Shown here one piece after another: positions 58,397-64,000 of a stretch of 64,000 nt of DNA. Numbering within the stretch: the first letter of the stretch is position 1; each line of letters opens with the position of its first letter. The stretch is taken from positions 96,001 to 160,000 of the forward strand of contig CBDBFU010000007.1 in NCBI GenBank assembly GCA_965205025.1. The letters are read 5' to 3'. The DNA comes from Candidatus Poribacteria bacterium. GTDB taxonomy: Bacteria > Poribacteria > WGA-4E > WGA-3G. The notes beneath the pieces were generated by a model that searched no databases, was not told where the DNA came from, and was given only the letters and a program-made list of their open reading frames with translations. A program made the position numbers and the translations under genes.

Positions 58397-59803
58397 ATGC
58401 CTCAGAAAGAGGAACCGCTACAAACCTACCTACAATTTATACGGAAGTATGATTTTATAATCTGCCTGAGTACTATATTAGTATTAGGAATTGCTCTTGT
58501 AATTGCTCTCCGTTTACCTAAAACTTATTCTGCATCTACCTTGATGCAACTCATCCAAAGCAACAATACCCCTCCTATATCCTCTGGTAATTTGTTTCAA
58601 ACAGTTTTTTCCGGTGGAGTTGATACCAGAGAGATGTCAACAATAGGTAAGCGGTTTTCTACAGAATCAATGCTGAATGCAGCAATTGAAAACCTTGAAG
58701 ATAGAGGACAGGATGGGGTATATCACTTGCCAAGTATTGGACTTCTGAAGCGGAACATAAAGGCACAAATTGATCCTGATGCAGACTATATTGAGCTGTC
58801 AATTGAGTTAACGGAGGATCAGGGAGGAGAACGAAATGCTGCTCTCTTAGTAAATCAGTTAGCACGAGATATGCAGAATCTAAGAAGTGAAAATGAGAAA
58901 AACAGACTGGCTAAACATCAGAATTTCCTTAACAATAAGAAGCAAGAGGTAGAGAAGGAAATTACACAACTCGTAGAGGATTCATTAGGATTTGTTCGAC
59001 AAAAAGGTAGTCCTGAGACTTGGTATCCGAGATTAGCAAGTTTATTAGAACAACATCGTAACTTACAAGAACGACATGGTATATCTGAACAAAACCTTCA
59101 TGGAGCACGTGGTCGGTATTCCCATTTAAAGGAAAAACACTCTAACCTTGATAAACAAACCCAATTAACAACGACACAATCCAACAATCCTTTATGGGTA
59201 TATCAGAAAGAGAAGTTAATTGATTTAGAATCACAACGTATAGGGGATGTCGAAAAAACCGGAAAAAGTAGTTATGATCTTGCTGGACTTAACGCCCAGA
59301 TTGAAGAACTTAGTAAACAGATTGATGATACACCACAATTGTCTTCCAACACCACATTTGGCACTTCCCCCCATTACACTTATATTGAGAATGAACTAAT
59401 AGAATTACCACCATTGATTGAAAATCTTGAAAACACAACTAAGCAGATAAGTAAAGAATTAGCAAGTGTCAAAAGTGAGTTAGCATTATTACTCACACAG
59501 ATCCCAGTAAACCAACATATTTTTGAACGTCTACGTGCAAAGATAGAGCTTTCTGGTACCCTCCTTACAGAAATCGAAAAGCGTTATCTTGAATCTGAGA
59601 TTGTTGGTGCAGAGTCAGATAACGAAGCCTTTCAAAAAGGCGGAATTCAAATCATTGATGTTGCAGTTCCCAGAAAAATATCCGTAAGTCCACAGTTCAA
59701 ATTGATTTTCATTCTTGCGGGAATTGTAGGTTTATGTTTTGGAATTACTCTTGCTTTGTTATTTGAATATTTCAAGACTTCATCAGAAAGTCTTAATAGT
59801 TGA
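58397..59803 (+). CDS. Wzz/GumC polysaccharide co-polymerase (chain-length determinant)
   Basis: Two terminal TMs, PKTYSAS, coiled-coil, IIDVAVP...SP motif. Confidence 0.85.
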   Translation: MPQKEEPLQTYLQFIRKYDFIICLSTILVLGIALVIALRLPKTYSASTLMQLIQSNNTPPISSGNLFQTVFSGGVDTREMSTIGKRFSTESMLNAAIENLEDRGQDGVYHLPSIGLLKRNIKAQIDPDADYIELSIELTEDQGGERNAALLVNQLARDMQNLRSENEKNRLAKHQNFLNNKKQEVEKEITQLVEDSLGFVRQKGSPETWYPRLASLLEQHRNLQERHGISEQNLHGARGRYSHLKEKHSNLDKQTQLTTTQSNNPLWVYQKEKLIDLESQRIGDVEKTGKSSYDLAGLNAQIEELSKQIDDTPQLSSNTTFGTSPHYTYIENELIELPPLIENLENTTKQISKELASVKSELALLLTQIPVNQHIFERLRAKIELSGTLLTEIEKRYLESEIVGAESDNEAFQKGGIQIIDVAVPRKISVSPQFKLIFILAGIVGLCFGITLALLFEYFKTSSESLNS

Positions 59804-60064
59804 ATCTTCAGATTTCCCCAAAAATCACTATCCAATTAAATTCATAGATTTACTACAATTTTTCTGTTGAAGAGAAAATACAATTATGATATGATTACAT
59901 TTAATTTTAATTAACATATACAAAAAAACTGTTGTTATTAAATTGTTACGGCTATAACACTTTGTTATTTAATTCTTTCTTATTGGGAAGGAACTCAGAT
60001 TCACAACTATTATATATGGGAAGGATCTTTATAGAAAACTAATTAAACTACCAATAAAACTATC

Positions 60065-60104
60065 TTTGTCAAGACTTGACAAAAAGTTACACATTTGCTA
60101 TGCT
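60065..60104 (+). promoter_or_regulatory. Promoter with overlapping palindrome
   Basis: TTTGTCAAG-A-CTTGACAAA palindrome containing TTGACA, 17 bp before TATGCT. Confidence 0.5.
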
Positions 60105-60395
60105 AAGCACTAAATCAGTAGTATGCAAGTGTTTCGTTAGTATGTAAATTCATTTCAACAGTTTAAATATATCAATATGATAATTGGGAATAATGTTGAA
60201 TTGTTATTCAATCCAATTCACTCATATAATTTACAAAAAATAAAACGGATACAGTCATTACTATCTAAGGGCTTCATAGATTCAATCAAAATCATAAGGT
60301 TTTCGGTGCCTTGACATCTGTCTTAGCACTTGTTAGTTAAGTCGAGTATGTTTAATATCCGAACATAATATTTCCTAAGGAGGAATATCAAACTA

Positions 60396-63300
60396 ATGAA
60401 CAAGTTAAAACGATTAGTTAATGTTTTGCTTGTAGCGTCTTGCATCCTAAGCGGGATTGTGCTTTACGGTTGTGGCGCTCAAAGCCTAGGGCCGCAAGAG
60501 CCACTCTTGCCTACCATTGAGGGTGACTCGAAATTCTCAGACCGATTCCAATTGGAAGAAGAGCCACAGTTCTTCTATGACCTTTTTGGTAAAGAACTTT
60601 TGGAAGGTAGTGAAGTTTACAACTACCGTGAAAGGAAGGAATTTAACCAAAATGGTGAATTGGTTGTCGGTTGGACAGGTCAATTGGATAGTGAAAAATT
60701 CTCTGCCCAGTTAGACCGAACTATCTTGACAGAAGATGCCTACCGTGGTAGATATAACGAGTTTGCAATTGGTGACCATATGCGGCTTAAGCCATCTACC
60801 CTATTCCCAAATCGATATATACTCTACAAAACAGAATTTGATGGATTTCGATGGGATATCTCATTTGCCCAAGAACGGCATCTCTTTACACTCATAAACT
60901 CACGTATTTCTAACCCTGTCCAAATTACTGAAGGTGCTGCAAACCTGGCACCAGTACTTGGACGGCGAAATGGGTTAAACGAAGATGCCGGTGTCCGTCA
61001 TCTTGAAAACGCACGACTGGTCGGTTTTAGGGGACAAGGTCTTTTAGGTGACATATTCCGTGTTGGGTTTACTTATGTAAATCTTCACAAAGAACATCCG
61101 GAACGCGTGGAAAACCCATTAATGGGGACAGTCGCAAATACCCCACCTAACAGCATCTCTGTTGTTTTTAGGGACGATTCACCTGAAGATAACCATGTAG
61201 CAAGTATTACCGACTTTGAAGGTTATGATGAAATTTCACATGGTGAAAACATTCAGGGTGGAGTCGGTGCTGCTTTCAAAACGATGAAAATCACTATAGT
61301 TACACAAGAACTTGAAGATGTAAGTGCAGAGGACCTTGCTGAAGGGTATGAACCCGCTCTTGAACCTCAGCAATCACTAGAAATTGAGGTATTCGTAGAT
61401 GAGATCGTTCCTGTCACTGCTGGTACCGATATCGTAAAAGATTCTGTTGACGGAGATTGGAAGATCGTTGACGGATTCAATAAGATGAAGTATGACCTCA
61501 ATTTTGAACAACACGATATTGAACCAAGAACTGTAAAATCAGTTGTGTTTGACCTTGTTGTTGCCGGTGATTACAATATTCAGATTATTGGCTTTAGTGA
61601 AGCCAATATGGCTGAATCAGATCCAGAAATTCAAGAATGGATTAAGACCGAAGATGGTCACATCCAGATGCCTTACCGAGATATTATTGAAGCACCCGGA
61701 AACTATGGTCAATCTGCAGATTACACAGAAAACAGAGCAGAACTCGTTGACAATCCCAGTGCTTGGGAAGGTGAAGGAAGACCTCGAAAGATCAGTTACC
61801 AATATGGTGCCGCACGCGCAGCAGTTCTCTACGGTTTAGACCTTGAAGGAACTGTTGGAAATGTCTTTGTAAGAGCACACTATTCAATTAATGGTAAATA
61901 CAAACAGTTTCCCACAATCCCTAAAAATAAGATGGGATTTAGCAGACTTACCGACAACATTGTAACCGAAGATGGGGATGAACCAACAGGTATAACTATT
62001 GACCCTGCTTCTGGTTTACCTGTGGACGCAAATGGTATTCCTACCTATTCAGAAACCGAAGGTGAACGATTTGAGGCCATGTTAGGTGGAGACGGTACGG
62101 ATGAAGGCGGTGATGGACAGATGGGGAGAGAATCCGCATGGTTTGTTCAACTCAAATCACGGTTTGGGAAACTTTACTTAGAAGGTGTTTTATACCATAT
62201 TGACCCCGGTTATACCACCACCTATCTAAACTTTGGTTCAAACACTGACCGAGATCAACCCTACGCTCTTCCACGGACACAGTTGTCTGCAAATGAACGA
62301 GATCCGTGGGATGTAGAGAACTACGCGCTCGTTGAAGATGATGATGATGATGATGATTGGCCCGATGACGATGACTTTGATGGTGTGCTCCCAAGAGCTG
62401 ATGATAGGGATCAGAACGGGATCTTAGACTATCAAGAAGATTTTCTCATTTTTGAGGCGGATCCACCTGTATTCACGGATTTGATTGATCTTAACAATAA
62501 TGGAACAATTGATTCTCTTGAAGATGATTTTGAACCACAGTATGAATATGGGATTGACCGTGATGGATATCATCTTAAGGCAGAATACGATTTACTTGAT
62601 AACCTATCTCTTCAAGTCGGTTGGTTGAACGAAAGTGAAATTTCAAGTCGACGCAAGAATGACTCCAAATATCTACACGTAACTTACCAACGTGATATCC
62701 CTGATTTCGGTACTATTCTGTTCCAGAATCGTTTCGTCAGAGTTCGAGACGATATCCCTGATTACACAATAACATTGCGGGTTGGTGAATTAGAACCAAC
62801 TCAAATTGCTGATGAACTGGATTACTACAATGCACGGGTGAATACGACAACCCTCCAGTTCCTCTATACAGCTGTTCCAAACCTTACATTGGAAGCCAAG
62901 TTATTGGTTGTACTTCAGAAGCAATATGAACAGGATGAAGCAGACGCTCTCTTCTTAGATGTAGAGTATGATGCTGCCGCAGATCTATTTGAACCAGATG
63001 AGCGCGTTGACTTTATGGTGCCTGAAGAACAAGTACGTACCAGTGGGCAGAAACGGGAATACCCGTTCTACCCAGATCACGGTATAAACGCTCTGGATGT
63101 AGACGATACTGGATTGATCTATAATGCTGATAACTGGAAATCACGACGGTATCCAGAACGAAACATTCGGAGTCAGCAGACGATCCTGAAAGCAAGATAT
63201 GAAATACCACTTGGTGACTTGCCATATATAAACAAAATAGGTGAAGATCTGACTTTGACACCTATGGTGAAATATATTTGGGATCGGGCATTTGACAGAA

Positions 63301-63710
63301 GTGGAGATGAAATCGGGCTTGCATTAAACTCGCGTTTCTATGTTCCCACCGATGACGAACCGATTGAATACTTACGATTCAATCGTAGAAGTCGGGAAGA
63401 TATTCTCGGTGTCCGTCTTGATTACCAGTTTACACAGAGAATGAATATTCTTGGTGGCTTCCAATATAGAAAGTTCACCAACCGAGACAAAAACTTTACT
63501 AACTATTTAACCAAATTCCCTGCTGATGAACCTGTGCCGATTCTTTACCGGCCAGATCTACGGACTCGGATTTTTGAAATCCAAGCCATCAACAGAGGGG
63601 AATGGCTCGGTTTCAATATCGTAATTCTCGCAGGTTATCGTAGAACTACTATCTTGCTACAACATACAACCAGTAATACGACGTTTGTTAGAGCAATGAT
63701 GGGTTTCTAA
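60396..63710 (+). CDS. Large acidic outer-membrane beta-barrel lipoprotein with Asp-rich Ca-binding-like repeats
   Basis: AAGGAGG RBS; lipobox LYGC; DDDDDDDWPD, DRDQNG.LD, DLNNNG.ID; C-terminal strand ending in Phe. Confidence 0.7.
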   Translation: MNKLKRLVNVLLVASCILSGIVLYGCGAQSLGPQEPLLPTIEGDSKFSDRFQLEEEPQFFYDLFGKELLEGSEVYNYRERKEFNQNGELVVGWTGQLDSEKFSAQLDRTILTEDAYRGRYNEFAIGDHMRLKPSTLFPNRYILYKTEFDGFRWDISFAQERHLFTLINSRISNPVQITEGAANLAPVLGRRNGLNEDAGVRHLENARLVGFRGQGLLGDIFRVGFTYVNLHKEHPERVENPLMGTVANTPPNSISVVFRDDSPEDNHVASITDFEGYDEISHGENIQGGVGAAFKTMKITIVTQELEDVSAEDLAEGYEPALEPQQSLEIEVFVDEIVPVTAGTDIVKDSVDGDWKIVDGFNKMKYDLNFEQHDIEPRTVKSVVFDLVVAGDYNIQIIGFSEANMAESDPEIQEWIKTEDGHIQMPYRDIIEAPGNYGQSADYTENRAELVDNPSAWEGEGRPRKISYQYGAARAAVLYGLDLEGTVGNVFVRAHYSINGKYKQFPTIPKNKMGFSRLTDNIVTEDGDEPTGITIDPASGLPVDANGIPTYSETEGERFEAMLGGDGTDEGGDGQMGRESAWFVQLKSRFGKLYLEGVLYHIDPGYTTTYLNFGSNTDRDQPYALPRTQLSANERDPWDVENYALVEDDDDDDDWPDDDDFDGVLPRADDRDQNGILDYQEDFLIFEADPPVFTDLIDLNNNGTIDSLEDDFEPQYEYGIDRDGYHLKAEYDLLDNLSLQVGWLNESEISSRRKNDSKYLHVTYQRDIPDFGTILFQNRFVRVRDDIPDYTITLRVGELEPTQIADELDYYNARVNTTTLQFLYTAVPNLTLEAKLLVVLQKQYEQDEADALFLDVEYDAAADLFEPDERVDFMVPEEQVRTSGQKREYPFYPDHGINALDVDDTGLIYNADNWKSRRYPERNIRSQQTILKARYEIPLGDLPYINKIGEDLTLTPMVKYIWDRAFDRSGDEIGLALNSRFYVPTDDEPIEYLRFNRRSREDILGVRLDYQFTQRMNILGGFQYRKFTNRDKNFTNYLTKFPADEPVPILYRPDLRTRIFEIQAINRGEWLGFNIVILAGYRRTTILLQHTTSNTTFVRAMMGF

Positions 63711-63724
63711 GATTCTTACAATAT

Positions 63725-63752
63725 TGCCGGATGCATTTACCTGTATCCGGCA
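63725..63752 (+). terminator. Stem-loop, probable terminator
   Basis: TGCCGGATGCA-tttacc-TGTATCCGGCA. Confidence 0.6.
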
Positions 63753-64000
63753 CTTCATTGATAACACCATATAATATAGAATTGATTATAGATTGGGTGT
63801 TGATAGATAAGGTATTTCAAAACCTTTAACCTATAATAAAATCGTAACTATTTGTATATTCAGGTGTTGATAATACAGATTCGGTTTGTAACTTCTATGA
63901 AACACGTTCGGACGTGTACTTGACGTGTACTTATTGATTATTGAATCCTCTTAGATTTATAGAATAACCTAACTGCCAAATTGGCAGGTTACCTAAAGGA

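Noticed and set aside
62335-62375. GAT microsatellite as a phase-variation tract
   Set aside because: In-frame Asp codons inside an acidic motif; length change would not switch expression

Overview
AT-rich bacterial chromosomal window of about 50 genes. The gene content suggests a Ca. Poribacteria-like sponge symbiont; this is inference from the BMC shell/PduL genes, serpin, alpha-2-macroglobulin, many TPR and lipoproteins, STAS paralogs and GTAG-REP/MITE repeats. Recognisable genes are ftsY, an EF-G2, thrB, an ABC-F ATPase, yfhM-pbpC and a frameshifted msrP. Main candidates for new biology: (1) a GC-richer BlaI/BlaR1 cassette whose sensor domain is a pilin-like/TPR/thioredoxin module, duplicated as a secreted effector, with a perfect 38-bp operator; (2) a solitary 1127-aa Prim-Pol/Fe-S-helicase/wHTH protein whose catalytic motifs look degenerate; (3) a Lys-retaining cytochrome P460 next to a two-heme Cyc2-like cytochrome-porin; (4) a 7.9-kb low-GC defence-like island (IrrE/ImmA-DUF4411, NucS-like nuclease, MTase-Mrr fusion) bounded by 35-bp double-palindrome inverted repeats with no recombinase; (5) 51-bp-period hairpin doublets with compensatory changes, and REPs nested in several MITE types. 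A cluster of single-base indels at 45-49 kb may be assembly error. No rRNA, tRNA or CRISPR array was seen. All family calls come from motif recognition by eye, not database searches.
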